Source of the DNA: an uncultured Chlorobiaceae bacterium | Lineage (GTDB): Bacteria; Bacteroidota; Ignavibacteria; UBA10030; SZUA-254 | DNA length: 64,000 bases | Direction: 5' to 3' | Assembly (NCBI GenBank): GCA_964410105.1 | Contig: CAYPFY010000003.1 | Span: 16,754 to 80,753, forward strand | Part shown: positions 1 to 9,864 of the stretch, piece by piece | How the letters are laid out: the number at the start of each line of letters is the position of its first letter | Numbering within the stretch: position 1 is the stretch's first letter | Made by a program: the position numbers and the translations under genes | Notes under the pieces: model-generated | What the model saw: the letters and a program-made list of their open reading frames with translations, nothing else | The model's database searches: none | Told to the model about the DNA's origin: nothing

Positions 1-674
1 GAGTTGGAGGCTGAGGGGGGAGTAAGGATATCCTGCTGCCCCACAAGGATGAGGGCCGGAACGTTGATCCCGTAGAGCGCCGCAGTGGTGTCGGTCCGCG
101 CCGCAAGCGCAGAGAGTGTTCCCGCCGTGGCAAGCGGGCTCGTCGAGGCGATGATTTTTCGTATTTTCTCGACGGCCGCCGGATTTTTCTCGAAGGTGCC
201 GGAACAAAAGACCGTCTTCACGAAATTCTGGGAAAAACTCTCCATCCCGCCGGCCTTGATCGATTTCATCTGCGCAGCACGGCGAAGTTTGCCTTCGTTG
301 TTGTCGGCTTCGCTCTTGGTGTCGCAGAGGACGAGTGCGCGGATCCTCTCAGGATTCCTCTCCACCGCCCGCAGGGCGATGTATCCCCCCATGGACAGTC
401 CCACGGCGACACAGCGGGATATTTTTAAATGCTCGAGGAGGCCGATGAAATCATCGACAAAGAGTTCGAGGGAATACTGCCCGTCTCCGACCTCGCTTTT
501 CCCGTGCCCCCGGATGTCATAGCTGACGACGTACGAATCCTTCGCGAGCATGTCATGCTGAGGCTCCCACATTTCCTTGCTGAAGGGGAAACCGTGGATC
601 AGGACCAGCGGAAGCCCCGTCCTTGGTCCCGCCACCGTGTACTCGATCCCATTGCCTTCCGATTTGAAGCGCAT
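1..674 (-). CDS. alpha/beta-fold hydrolase (partial; C-terminus lies beyond the left window edge)
   Basis: The reverse-strand frame starting at the ATG at 672-674 reads MRFKSEGNGIEYTVAGPRTGLPLVLIHGFPFSKEMW...RCVAVGLSMGGYIALRAVERNPERIRALVLCD. It runs with no stop codon to position 1, which is why it is absent from the ORF track. It has an HG oxyanion motif and a G-x-S-x-G nucleophile elbow (GLSMGG). Confidence 0.6.
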   Translation of the reverse strand, partial: MRFKSEGNGIEYTVAGPRTGLPLVLIHGFPFSKEMWEPQHDMLAKDSYVVSYDIRGHGKSEVGDGQYSLELFVDDFIGLLEHLKISRCVAVGLSMGGYIALRAVERNPERIRALVLCDTKSEADNNEGKLRRAAQMKSIKAGGMESFSQNFVKTVFCSGTFEKNPAAVEKIRKIIASTSPLATAGTLSALAARTDTTAALYGINVPALILVGQQDILTPPSASN

Positions 675-779
675 CAGGACCGCTCCGGCCGGAGACCCCA
701 CGGCATGCTGTCAGGCTGAGTCAGTGGACCCATGAGAGACCCCTTCGGATCAGAAACCCTTGATGTAAAGATCTTCCGC

Positions 780-1703
780 TCATCCCACGGGACTCCGTGC
801 TCTGTCGGAGATGACCGAGGCTGCGATCGAGCTCGCGATCAAGCCGAAGATCACGATGAGGGAGACGCCGATGGGAACCTCGAGGAATGGCTCGATTAGC
901 ATTTTCACCCCGATGAATCCCAGGACGAGCGACAGTCCGTATTTGAGGAACCTGAATCCCTTCATCGCTCCGGCTACCACGAAATAGAGCGACCGCAATC
1001 CAAGCACGGCAAATATATTCGACGTGTATATGATGACGGTGTCGCGCGTGATCGCAAAGATCGCCGGGATAGAATCGGTCGCAAACGCGATATCGGTCGT
1101 CTCGATCATGACGAGAACGAGGAATAATGGAGTCATCAGTTTTTTCCCACCCGCTCTGACGAAGAATCTCCCTCCCTCGTACTTATCGGTCATGGGGAAG
1201 AATCTCCTCGCGAACCGCACCGCTGGGTTGCGCTCGGGATGGACCTCCGTTTCCTTCTGCAGCGCAAGCTTGACCGCCGTGAAGACGAGGAATAGTCCCA
1301 GGATGTAGAGTATCCAGTGGAATTTTGCCACAAGCGCCGCCCCCAGAACGATGAACAGCGCCCTGAGGATGATGGCGCTCAATACTCCCCAGAACAGGAC
1401 CTTGTGCTGATCATCGCGGGGAACCGCAAAATAGGCCAGGATGACGATGAAGACGAAAACATTGTCGACCGAGAGGGCCTGCTCGACCAGATAGCCCGCG
1501 AGGAACTCCAGGGCCTTCGTTTTTCCGAGCTCAAAGAAGACGAAAACGTTGAAAAGAAGCGCCAGGCCGATCCATGCCAGCGACCATCCGAGGGCCTCCT
1601 TCATCGTCGGGAAGTGCGCCCTCCGCTGGATGATGCCGAGATCCACCGCCAGGAGCAGAAGGATGAACAGGTTGAACAGGACGAGAATGAGGCGTTCGCT
1701 CAC
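780..1703 (-). CDS. TerC family integral membrane protein
   Basis: 307 aa and very hydrophobic, with several predicted transmembrane segments. The protein shows TerC/Alx-type conservation, for example LAGYLVEQALSVDNVFVFIVIL, and a second half-repeat DSIPAIFAITRDTVIIYTSNIFAVLGLRSLYF. Confidence 0.8.
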   Translation of the reverse strand: MSERLILVLFNLFILLLLAVDLGIIQRRAHFPTMKEALGWSLAWIGLALLFNVFVFFELGKTKALEFLAGYLVEQALSVDNVFVFIVILAYFAVPRDDQHKVLFWGVLSAIILRALFIVLGAALVAKFHWILYILGLFLVFTAVKLALQKETEVHPERNPAVRFARRFFPMTDKYEGGRFFVRAGGKKLMTPLFLVLVMIETTDIAFATDSIPAIFAITRDTVIIYTSNIFAVLGLRSLYFVVAGAMKGFRFLKYGLSLVLGFIGVKMLIEPFLEVPIGVSLIVIFGLIASSIAASVISDRARSPVG

Positions 1704-1748
1704 GGCGCAACTCCCGCGGGGCCGGCTGAGGTGGTCACCCCGGCCGGA

Positions 1749-3119
1749 TCAGGCGCCGTTTTTGCCTTTTTTCGGCTCGTCCCTCTTGCCCATCATGACG
1801 TAATCACGAACGCCGTGGCCCATGTAGATCTGCCGGGGACGGGCGATCTTCTGCTCCTGGTCGAGGAGCATTTCCTGCCACTGCGACACCCATCCTGGAG
1901 TCCGGCCGATCGCGAAGAGCACCGGGAACATTTCCACCGGGAAGCCCATCGCCTGGTAGATGAGGCCGGAATAAAAATCGACGTTGGGATAGAGCTTTCT
2001 CTTAATGAAATACTCGTCCTCAAGCGCAATTCTCTCCAGCTCCAGCGCAATGTCGAGTTTCGGACTCCGCCCGGTGACCTCGAACACCTCGTCAGCCAGC
2101 TTCTTGATGACCTTCGCCCGGGGATCGTAGTTCTTATACACCCTGTGACCGAAGCCCATCAGCTTCCCCTTGCCCTCTTTGACCGAAGCGATGAAGCCCG
2201 GAACATTGTTCTTGTTGCCGATCTCATCCAGCATCACAAGGACCGCCTCGTTCGCTCCCCCGTGCAACGGCCCGTAAAGGGCCGCAGCCGCGGCGGTCGT
2301 CGCCGAGTAAGGGTCGACATGAGAGCTTCCCACGCTCCGCATCGCGCTGGCGCTGCAATTCTGCTCGTGGTCTGCATGCAGGATGAAGAGAACGTCCAGA
2401 GCATGCTCCAGGACCGGATGGACCTTGTATTTAAGCTCCGTCATCTTGAAGAGCATGCTGAGGAAATTCCCCGCATAACTCATCTCGTTGTCAGGATACA
2501 CGTAGGGACGCCCGACGCTGTGCCGGAATGCAAACGCGGCGAGCGTCGGCATCTTTCCGACAAGCCTGAATATCTGAAGCTGCCGAGATTGCGGATCGAA
2601 TATGTTCTTTGCATCGGTATAAAAAGTCGATAGGGCCGCCACGGAGCTGATGAGCATTCCCATCGGATGAGCGTCGTAGTGGAACCCGTCCACGAATTTC
2701 TTTATGTTTTCGTGAATGAGCGTGTGCATCATGACGTCGTTCACCCAATCCTCATACTGCGACTTTCTCGGCAATTCGCCGTAGATGATCAGATATGCGG
2801 TCTCGAGGAAATTGCTTTTCTCCGCCAGCTGCTCTATGGGGTACCCCCGGTACCGGAGGATTCCCTTATCCCCGTCGATGAAAGTGATCTTGCTCTTGCA
2901 GGCCGCCGTGTTCATGAACGCGGGATCGTACGTCATCAGGCCGAAATCATCCGGATTAACCCTGATTTGCCGTAAATCCATCGCCCGGATGGTCTCCATC
3001 TCGATAGGAACCTCGTACTGCCTGCCCGTGCGGTTATCGGTGATGGTGAGAGTGTTCTTGCCGTTGGAAGGCGCGCCGGTCTTCTGGTCAACTTTCAAAG
3101 GCGCCGTTGCATTCGCCAT
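1749..3119 (-). CDS. gltA: citrate synthase
   Basis: 456 aa. It contains the citrate synthase signature GFGHRVYKNYDPRA together with HADHEQNCSASAMR and GPLHGGANE. Confidence 0.9.
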   Translation of the reverse strand: MANATAPLKVDQKTGAPSNGKNTLTITDNRTGRQYEVPIEMETIRAMDLRQIRVNPDDFGLMTYDPAFMNTAACKSKITFIDGDKGILRYRGYPIEQLAEKSNFLETAYLIIYGELPRKSQYEDWVNDVMMHTLIHENIKKFVDGFHYDAHPMGMLISSVAALSTFYTDAKNIFDPQSRQLQIFRLVGKMPTLAAFAFRHSVGRPYVYPDNEMSYAGNFLSMLFKMTELKYKVHPVLEHALDVLFILHADHEQNCSASAMRSVGSSHVDPYSATTAAAAALYGPLHGGANEAVLVMLDEIGNKNNVPGFIASVKEGKGKLMGFGHRVYKNYDPRAKVIKKLADEVFEVTGRSPKLDIALELERIALEDEYFIKRKLYPNVDFYSGLIYQAMGFPVEMFPVLFAIGRTPGWVSQWQEMLLDQEQKIARPRQIYMGHGVRDYVMMGKRDEPKKGKNGA

Positions 3120-3213
3120 AGCTTTACTCCCCGAAGAAGATGTTAACTACTCAAGGACTTGGCCGAAATGTACGAAGATTTGCGGAAAGATGCATGCCGG
3201 TTGTGATGAGAGG

Positions 3214-4584
3214 CTACCCCAAAAGCGCCCCCGCACGGTCCGCGACGGCGCGGGCACTCTCGACGCAATCACCGACCGCGATCCCTCCCTTGAAGTTGCT
3301 GCAGAAAAAAGCCCCGCGGTAGTTTTCCTCAAACCTTTCCATGGCCCGCACGACCCGGCCATGCCCGAGGTTGTACTGCGGGATGGCCCGATCCCACCGT
3401 GAGATTCTTGTGTAGACAGGCTCCCCCCGCACTCCGATCAATTCCCTGAGTTCGGCCGCTGCAATCCCCGCCAGCCCGCCGTCGTCGAAAGAGACGAGAT
3501 CGGGCTGCCGCGCGCCCCCGACGAATGTCGTGATCCCCTCAAACCCTTGCGGCGAGCGTTCCGGAAACAGGGCTGACGACCAGATGCTCCCCAGGATTCT
3601 TCTCCCCTCGACTTTCGGCACCAGAAATCCAAATCCATCGAGCTGACGGCCGATCTGATCACGCCGGTACCCCGTGAAAATCTCGGCAACCGGCGGATAG
3701 TATATCGCCTCCAGGCCCGATGCCATCTCGGGATCGATCGCCCGTACGATCTCCGCAGATGCGTGCGCCGGGGCCGCGAGTACTACTCCATCCGCCTCGA
3801 GCGAGGACCGCTGCCCGTTCTCCTCGTAGGATACCGTGTAGACAGGAAGTCTTCCCGCCCTGGCAGGTATGATGTTTATGACGGAAACCGAGCAAAGAAC
3901 GTTTTTCCCCAGTTTTCCCGCCAGGGCGTCCGGAAGACTCTGCATTCCTCGTACAAACGAAAAGAGCCTTGAGCGGGTTTTCGATCCCGGGCTCCGCCGC
4001 GAGAAGATCGCCCCCTTCATCAGCGAACCGTGAGCCGACTCAAGCGCATGGAGCTTCGGAAAGGCTGCCTGGACCGAAAGCTTTTCGGGACTTCCAGCAT
4101 ACACGCCCGCGACAAATGGGTCTATGGTGTAGTCCAGGAATTCCCTGCCAAGCCGGCGCTCCACAAACTCGGCGACCGTTTCCTCCCATCTCGCCCTGCC
4201 GACAAAGGGTTCCTTAAGTAGTCGCGCTTTTCCCCGAAGACTCCACAACCGGGAGCCGAGGAACGAGAGAGGTCCCGAGGGCAACTCCTCCAGGACCCCG
4301 CTGCGGACAATATAACGCCGCTTCGCCGCCGGGTTCGCGTAAATTTTCTCGCCGGCGATGCCAAGGTCCCCAAAGAGATCAGCAAGCAGGGGGGTCGATT
4401 CAAGGGCGCTGTTCGGCCCTGTCTCGACCAGCCAACCCCCCTCACGAATCGTTTTCATCGTGCCCCCCGGCGAGCTTCCCTTCTCCATGACCGTCACGCG
4501 ATAACCTTTCTTTGCGAGCCAGTAGGCCGCCGAGAGTCCCGAAATCCCGGCACCGACCACCACGATGTGTTTTGCAAGGCTCAT
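3214..4584 (-). CDS. hemY: protoporphyrinogen oxidase (FAD-dependent; HemY/PgoX-type)
   Basis: N-terminal FAD dinucleotide-binding fold HIVVVGAGISGLSAAYWLAKKGYRVTVMEKG. The likely start is the internal Met (MSLAKH...) at 4584, which directly abuts the hemH stop at 4581-4583. It is the last gene of the heme cluster. Confidence 0.7.
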   Translation of the reverse strand: MSLAKHIVVVGAGISGLSAAYWLAKKGYRVTVMEKGSSPGGTMKTIREGGWLVETGPNSALESTPLLADLFGDLGIAGEKIYANPAAKRRYIVRSGVLEELPSGPLSFLGSRLWSLRGKARLLKEPFVGRARWEETVAEFVERRLGREFLDYTIDPFVAGVYAGSPEKLSVQAAFPKLHALESAHGSLMKGAIFSRRSPGSKTRSRLFSFVRGMQSLPDALAGKLGKNVLCSVSVINIIPARAGRLPVYTVSYEENGQRSSLEADGVVLAAPAHASAEIVRAIDPEMASGLEAIYYPPVAEIFTGYRRDQIGRQLDGFGFLVPKVEGRRILGSIWSSALFPERSPQGFEGITTFVGGARQPDLVSFDDGGLAGIAAAELRELIGVRGEPVYTRISRWDRAIPQYNLGHGRVVRAMERFEENYRGAFFCSNFKGGIAVGDCVESARAVADRAGALLG

Positions 4585-5624
4585 CGCCCATGGGGGCAGA
4601 GCGCCGGGCACTGAGCGAAATCCCGGCAGCCTGGAAGGTTCATCGGCTCACCCCTGAGGCGGCGAAGGACGAGGTCCTCCAGACATTCTATGAACTTGGG
4701 ACGGTCGTTCAGCGCGCCCATCATCTCGAATTGTTCGATTCCGTGTTCTTGTGCCAGAGCCCGCGCCTCGATGTCGATCTCATGAAGCGTTTCGATGTGC
4801 TCGGTGACGAACGCGACGGGGACTACCAGCAGTTTCTTTCTCCCGGACGCTGCCAGATCCCGGATGGTATCGGTGAGCGAAGGTTTGACCCACTCCGCCG
4901 GTCCTACCCTGCTCTGGTAGCAGAGATGAGATGGCGACGGCCAGCCTCCCTTCTTAGCCACGAGGCGCACCGTTTCTTCAATTTGCAGCGTGTAGGGATC
5001 CCCTTCCTCCACCAGGCTCATAGGTACGCCGTGGGCGCTGAACACGAGGTCGACCTCCTCGATCCGAGGCTGAAACTTCGCGAAGGTTCTGTTGATGTTA
5101 TCAACGATGCCCTCAATGTAGAGGGGATGGTTGTAGTAACAGCAAATCCCCTCACTGGGGACATGATTGAAATTCTGGACATTGCACTGCCGGGTCCATT
5201 CCTTCATGCTCGAGAGAGTGGTGGCCTTCGAGTACTGGGGATAGAGGGGGAGAAGTATCACCCGCTGAAAGTTTTGCTCCTTCAGCCGGGGAATCACCTC
5301 CTGAGTCAGCGGGTGCCAGTAGCGCATCGCAACGAAAACCCTCGCGGATCCGTTCAGACGGGTTTCCAGCGCGCGGGCCTGCGCAAGGGTGAGTTCGAGG
5401 ATTGGGGATTTGCCCCCGATCTCCCGGTAATGCTCGGCTACCTTCGTGGCACGTCGGCTCGCGATGAAACGAGCCAGGGGACGCCGGGCGAGGAACGCCC
5501 CGGGAAAGTTGATGATGTCCGGATCACGGAAGAGATTGCGGAGGAAGGGTTCGACCGCCTCGAGGGAATCGGGGCCCCCGAGCTGAAAGAGAACGACCGC
5601 AATCTTATGATTCGGAGCGCTCAT
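4581..5624 (-). CDS. hemH: ferrochelatase
   Basis: 347 aa. The N-terminus KIAVVLFQLGGPDSLEAVEPFLRNLFRDPDII is typical of HemH. The gene overlaps hemF by 4 nt. Confidence 0.9.
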   Translation of the reverse strand: MSAPNHKIAVVLFQLGGPDSLEAVEPFLRNLFRDPDIINFPGAFLARRPLARFIASRRATKVAEHYREIGGKSPILELTLAQARALETRLNGSARVFVAMRYWHPLTQEVIPRLKEQNFQRVILLPLYPQYSKATTLSSMKEWTRQCNVQNFNHVPSEGICCYYNHPLYIEGIVDNINRTFAKFQPRIEEVDLVFSAHGVPMSLVEEGDPYTLQIEETVRLVAKKGGWPSPSHLCYQSRVGPAEWVKPSLTDTIRDLAASGRKKLLVVPVAFVTEHIETLHEIDIEARALAQEHGIEQFEMMGALNDRPKFIECLEDLVLRRLRGEPMNLPGCRDFAQCPALCPHGR

Positions 5625-6505
5625 GCCCAGGATCGCGGCGTTTGTAATACCTGAACGAGCGCTTCCTCCCGGGAACCCGGCTCAATCCGGTGCCCGTACA
5701 CCCAGCGTACCTCCGGCGGGAGAGAAGCCAGGATCGATTCGGTCCTTCCTCCGGTCTCAAGGCCGAATATCGTTCCCCGGTCGTAGATCAGATTGAATTC
5801 GACGTACCTCCCGCGGCGGACAAGCTGCCATCTCTTCTCCGAATCGTGCCAGGTTTCACCGGTGCGCCTCGTGACGATCGGCATGTAAGCCGGCAGGAAA
5901 CTAGCCCCCACATCCTTGACGAACAGGAAGAAACGGTCAGGGTCCGCACGCTCATTGTCAAAGAAAATCCCGCCGATCCCCCGCGATTCCTGCCGGTGAG
6001 GGAGGTAGAAATATTCGTCGCACGACCTCTTGAAGCGGGGATACCACCGAGGATCATGCTTATCGCATGCAACCTTCAGAACTCGGTGGAAATGCCGCGC
6101 GTCTTCTTCGAAGAGATAGCACGGGGTGAGATCGATCCCTCCCCCAAACCACGAGTCGCCGTCGTCGCGCTCCAGGTAACGCAGGTTCATGTGCACCGTC
6201 GGCACCATGGGGCTCACGGGATGGATGATGACCGAAATGCCGGTTGCGAAGATTGTTCCGGTCCTGACATTCATTTTCTCCGAAAGCCGCGGGGTGATGT
6301 CGCTCCGGATTGCGGAGAAATTTGCGGCACCTTTTTCGACCCAATCTCCTCCCTGGACCGTGCGCGACCTTCCGCCCCCCCCGCCGGGATGCGACCAGAG
6401 ATCCTCAATGAAGACCCCTGTCTGCAATCCCTCACATATCGTATCCTGCAGAGTCTGGAAAAAATCTCTGGCCCTATCCCTTAGCGGTCCCTCGATGGCC
6501 GGCAT
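5621..6505 (-). CDS. hemF: oxygen-dependent coproporphyrinogen-III oxidase
   Basis: 294 aa. Conserved HemF blocks are present: RSRTVQGGDWVEKGAANFS, GISVIIHPVSPMVPTVHMNLRY and WFGGGIDLTPCY. Confidence 0.9.
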   Translation of the reverse strand: MPAIEGPLRDRARDFFQTLQDTICEGLQTGVFIEDLWSHPGGGGGRSRTVQGGDWVEKGAANFSAIRSDITPRLSEKMNVRTGTIFATGISVIIHPVSPMVPTVHMNLRYLERDDGDSWFGGGIDLTPCYLFEEDARHFHRVLKVACDKHDPRWYPRFKRSCDEYFYLPHRQESRGIGGIFFDNERADPDRFFLFVKDVGASFLPAYMPIVTRRTGETWHDSEKRWQLVRRGRYVEFNLIYDRGTIFGLETGGRTESILASLPPEVRWVYGHRIEPGSREEALVQVLQTPRSWA

Positions 6506-6662
6506 GCCTTATGCCTGACGGCGGCTCAGGTGCACGCTGCCGTCGAAACCGAAACTGCCGGAACATTCCGCACCCGCCGGACGCTCTCCCCCGGTGCGGA
6601 TAGGTATTTTGCCCCGGCTACCGTTGGACCGTGATGTCCGGCGAGCGCCCGGAAGCCCGGCA

Positions 6663-7085
6663 TCACATCCCTCGCAATATGCGCTCCAGTTTCTCCGCAT
6701 GCATAGTCTCGTCAACAATCAATTCTTCAAGCTTCACCTTCAGACCCAGCTCCCCCGCCTCCTCCGCCTGAAGACAACGCTGCTTGTAGCTCTCAATGGC
6801 TTCACGCTCAAGTTTCAGGTCGTATCTCAACATGCCCTTGACGTCCTTCGGACATTTGTGCTGCACGGGCTCCGTCGTCGGTTTCCCCCCGAGCGATGCG
6901 ATCTTCTCGGCCAGGAAAACCGCGTGCTGCATTTCCCCGCTGACTTCCGGGGAGAGAAGCTCCCTCAGCTCTTCTCCATCCCAGCCCGATGCCACTGCTG
7001 TCTGGTAAAGGTAAAGGATAGATGCTCCCAGCTCGTTCGCCAGGTCCCCGTTCAGTCCCGCAATCAGTGCTTTCTTATCCGCCAT
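6663..7085 (-). CDS. bfr: bacterioferritin (heme-binding ferritin-like iron-storage protein)
   Basis: 140 aa. The N-terminal block LNGDLANELGASILYLYQ matches the Bfr N-terminus. GEMQHAVFLAEKIASLGG aligns with E. coli Bfr DEMKHADRYIERILFLEG and keeps the heme-ligand Met. The C-terminal LIVDETMHAEKLERIL matches Bfr ILRDEEGHIDWLE. Confidence 0.7.
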   Translation of the reverse strand: MADKKALIAGLNGDLANELGASILYLYQTAVASGWDGEELRELLSPEVSGEMQHAVFLAEKIASLGGKPTTEPVQHKCPKDVKGMLRYDLKLEREAIESYKQRCLQAEEAGELGLKVKLEELIVDETMHAEKLERILRGM

Positions 7086-7100
7086 GTCTTTCTCCTCGTG

Positions 7101-8129
7101 TTAGTGATAGATAAGGCTCTCCTCCCTCACTGCCGCGATCAGATGCTTGACGTGGTCGACCGGAATGTCAGGGAAGATGCCGTGGCCCAGGTTGAATATA
7201 TGCCCCGGACCCTTGCCGAATTTTTTCAAGATTTTGCCTGTTTCGTCACGTATTGTGTCGGGGTTCGCATACAGCACTGCCGGGTCCAGGTTACCCTGGA
7301 GCGCTACCTTTTCCCCAACAAGGTCCCGGGCCTTCCCGATATCGGTCGCCCAGTCAAGCCCCACTCCCCGCGCTCCGCTCGAGGCGATTTTTTCCAGCGA
7401 GTGGCCGCAATCCTTGCAAAAGACGATCACGGGCAAGTTCCCCAGCTCCGAAATGACCTGGCTAATGTAATGAAGCGAAAACTCCCGGAATGCCTCCTGC
7501 GTGAGGATCCCCCCCCATGTGTCAAAGATCTGAACCGCCTGAGCGCCCGCTTCGCACTGTTCGCGCAAGTACGCTGCCACGCTCCGGGCCAGCTTCGCCA
7601 GCAGACGGTGAGCGAGCTCCGGCCGCTCATAGATCAACTGCCTGATGAGCCGGAAATCCTTGGTGCCGCGCCCTTCGACCATGTACGCGGCCAGCGTCCA
7701 GGGAGAGCCCGAAAACCCGATCAGAGGTACACGCCCCCGGAGCTCCCGCCTGGTGAGAGAAATCGCATCCATGACGAATTTCATTTTCCCGGCAGGATCG
7801 CGGAGTTTTTCTATCTGCGATTCCGTCCTGATCGGCGCGGGAAACTGCGGACCCCCTTCTCCTTCCCGGACGATGAGCTCCATCCCCATCGCCTCCGGGA
7901 CAACGAGAATATCGGAAAAAATTATCGCGGCGTCAACCCCCAGGATCTCGACCGGCTGCAGCGTCGCCTCGGCGGCGAGCTCCGGCGTCTTGCAGAGGGT
8001 CAGAAAATCCGCCCGCTGCCTGAGGGCCCGGTACTCGGGCAGATATCGCCCCGCCTGCCGCATGATCCAGACCGGAGTCCTTGCCACGGGCTCTCTCATA
8101 AGAGCCCTGAGGAAGAGATCGTTCGTCAT
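7101..8129 (-). CDS. hemE: uroporphyrinogen decarboxylase
   Basis: 342 aa. The N-terminus NDLFLRALMREPVARTPVWIMRQAGRYLPEYR is the HemE signature. Confidence 0.9.
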   Translation of the reverse strand: MTNDLFLRALMREPVARTPVWIMRQAGRYLPEYRALRQRADFLTLCKTPELAAEATLQPVEILGVDAAIIFSDILVVPEAMGMELIVREGEGGPQFPAPIRTESQIEKLRDPAGKMKFVMDAISLTRRELRGRVPLIGFSGSPWTLAAYMVEGRGTKDFRLIRQLIYERPELAHRLLAKLARSVAAYLREQCEAGAQAVQIFDTWGGILTQEAFREFSLHYISQVISELGNLPVIVFCKDCGHSLEKIASSGARGVGLDWATDIGKARDLVGEKVALQGNLDPAVLYANPDTIRDETGKILKKFGKGPGHIFNLGHGIFPDIPVDHVKHLIAAVREESLIYH

Positions 8130-8917
8130 CCGGATGCCGTCGAAAAGGTTTTTGCCATCGCCTCCACCATCGATTCAACGGTCGATCCACCGGCCACGAT
8201 CTCAGCGCGAAAACCCTCCCTCTCGACCGCCTCACGCGTCGCAGGGCCGATGACGGCTATTTTTGCATGAGCGAAAATCTCGGCGAGCTCCGCCGGCGGG
8301 AAGAGTTTTGCAAAGTTCAGAAAGGCCGACGGGCTCGTGAAACTCACGATATCGATTTCCCGGAAGAGAAACTTTTTTTTCAGCTCATGGATGTCTGACT
8401 GCTCCGGCTCAGTGGTCCGGTAGACGGTCACCGAATCAATGCTTGCTCCGAGCAGCCGCAGGTTGTCGGCCAGGATGTCCTTTCCCAGGCTCCCCCTCGG
8501 AAAGAGGAATGACCGCCCCTTCAAATCCTCCTGTTCGAGCCGCCGGGAGAGATCGGCTGCCGTGAATTTGTCCGGCATCGCCACGACGTGCGGCGTGAAC
8601 TCCTCAACAGCCCGCCGGGTTTTCTCTCCCACCACAAAAATCTTCTTTGATGCGCATTCGTGAGGGCCGGCGCCCCGCTCCTTTAGCCTCTGGAAAAAAT
8701 ATCGGACGCCGTTCGCGCTCGTGAAGATAAGGCCGTCGTACATGGAGAGACCACCGAGCGCGCGATCGCATTCCTCCCACGTCTCGGGAGGGGCGATTTC
8801 AATGGTGGGAAAGTGCAGGGCTCGCCCCCCGAAGCGTTCGATCGCAGCCACCATTCCTCCGGCCTGATCGCGGGGACGGGTGACGAGGACAGTCTTCCCG
8901 GCAAGCGGCTGGTTCAA
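8126..8917 (-). CDS. hemD: uroporphyrinogen-III synthase
   Basis: 263 aa. It has the HemD-like N-terminal block GKTVLVTRPRDQAGGMVAAIERFGGRALHFPTIEI and the IFTSANGV motif. It overlaps hemE and hemC by 4 nt each. Confidence 0.8.
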   Translation of the reverse strand: MNQPLAGKTVLVTRPRDQAGGMVAAIERFGGRALHFPTIEIAPPETWEECDRALGGLSMYDGLIFTSANGVRYFFQRLKERGAGPHECASKKIFVVGEKTRRAVEEFTPHVVAMPDKFTAADLSRRLEQEDLKGRSFLFPRGSLGKDILADNLRLLGASIDSVTVYRTTEPEQSDIHELKKKFLFREIDIVSFTSPSAFLNFAKLFPPAELAEIFAHAKIAVIGPATREAVEREGFRAEIVAGGSTVESMVEAMAKTFSTASG

Positions 8918-9864
8918 GTGAGGATTTCGCCCTGAATTTCGAGGCTGCGGATTTTTTCCAGAATTTCCCGGCCTCCCCCCTCAAACAGGGTGCTGGCCAG
9001 GGTCGAGCCGAGTTTTTCAGAATCTTCGGGGGGGCCGTGAATAGCCCCCCGCACGATCTTTTTCCCGTCGAGGCTGCCGATCATCGCGTCGAGACGAAAG
9101 GTATTTTGCTCGATCCTCCCGTAAGCCCCGATCGGGACCTGGCAACCGCCTTCAAGCACACGCAGAAGTGCCCTTTCCCCCAGGGCTGAGATTGTCGCAG
9201 CGCTGTTTCCCAGCTCCCTTACGTACCGAAGGAGCGGCGACTTCTCCCTGACCTGAATTCCCAAAGAACCCTGTCCCACCGCCGGCAATACCCGCTCCAG
9301 AGGGAGGACCTCAGAGATCCTCTCGCCACAGCCCAGCCTGATCACCCCGGCGCGGGCAAGAACCATTCCCCCCCACTCGGAGGAGTCAAGCTTCGAAAAC
9401 CGGGTGTCGAGATTTCCCCGCAAATCGACAATTTTCAGGTCAGGCCTCCAGCTGAGGAGCTGGGATTTTCTCCTCAAACTTCCGGTCGCGACCGTCGCCC
9501 CCCGAGGAAGCCCCCCGAACGTCATGCCGTTCGTGCGTGCGATGAAGACGTCGCGGACATCCTCCCGGCGGGTGATCGCGCCGATTTCGAGTCCCTCCGC
9601 AAGCTTCGTGGGAAGGTCCTTGAGGGAGTGCACAGCGAGGTCGATCTCTTCCCTGAGCAGTGCATTTTCGATTTCTTTTGTGAAAACTCCCTTCCCGATC
9701 CTTGAGAGGGGGGCATCCATGATCACATCCCCCGCCGTCCGGATGATTTTTATCGATACGCTTAAACCGGGAAAACGGCGCTCGAGCTCTCCTTTTGTCC
9801 ACTCCGCCTGCCAGAGGGCAAGACGGCTCCCCCGGGAGCCGATGACGATTTTCTGCCCGCTCAC
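8914..9864 (-). CDS. hemC: hydroxymethylbilane synthase (porphobilinogen deaminase)
   Basis: 316 aa. The N-terminus IVIGSRGSRLALWQAEWTKGELERRFPGLSVSIKIIRTAGD is a classic HemC N-terminus. Confidence 0.9.
   Translation of the reverse strand: MSGQKIVIGSRGSRLALWQAEWTKGELERRFPGLSVSIKIIRTAGDVIMDAPLSRIGKGVFTKEIENALLREEIDLAVHSLKDLPTKLAEGLEIGAITRREDVRDVFIARTNGMTFGGLPRGATVATGSLRRKSQLLSWRPDLKIVDLRGNLDTRFSKLDSSEWGGMVLARAGVIRLGCGERISEVLPLERVLPAVGQGSLGIQVREKSPLLRYVRELGNSAATISALGERALLRVLEGGCQVPIGAYGRIEQNTFRLDAMIGSLDGKKIVRGAIHGPPEDSEKLGSTLASTLFEGGGREILEKIRSLEIQGEILT

Noticed and set aside
85-719. Two short + strand ORFs (85-522 and 429-719)
   Set aside because: The opposite strand encodes a clean alpha/beta hydrolase (HG oxyanion motif and GLSMGG) that runs uninterrupted off the window edge. 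The + strand ORFs are its antisense shadow.
1317-2633. 438-aa ORF on the + strand, plus similar long ORFs at 4512-5654, 6594-8270, 9894-10883, 16582-17562, 20574-21632, 22741-23766, 29830-30918, 32017-33369, 33664-34392, 37504-38223 and 45986-46690
   Set aside because: All are antisense or out of frame to genes with strong family signatures (gltA, hemH, hemE, hemA, nuoC/D, nuoL, nuoM, dnaK, clpB, DUF58, uvrA). Their products are low-complexity and Arg/Pro/Gly-rich, as expected for spurious ORFs in about 60% GC DNA.
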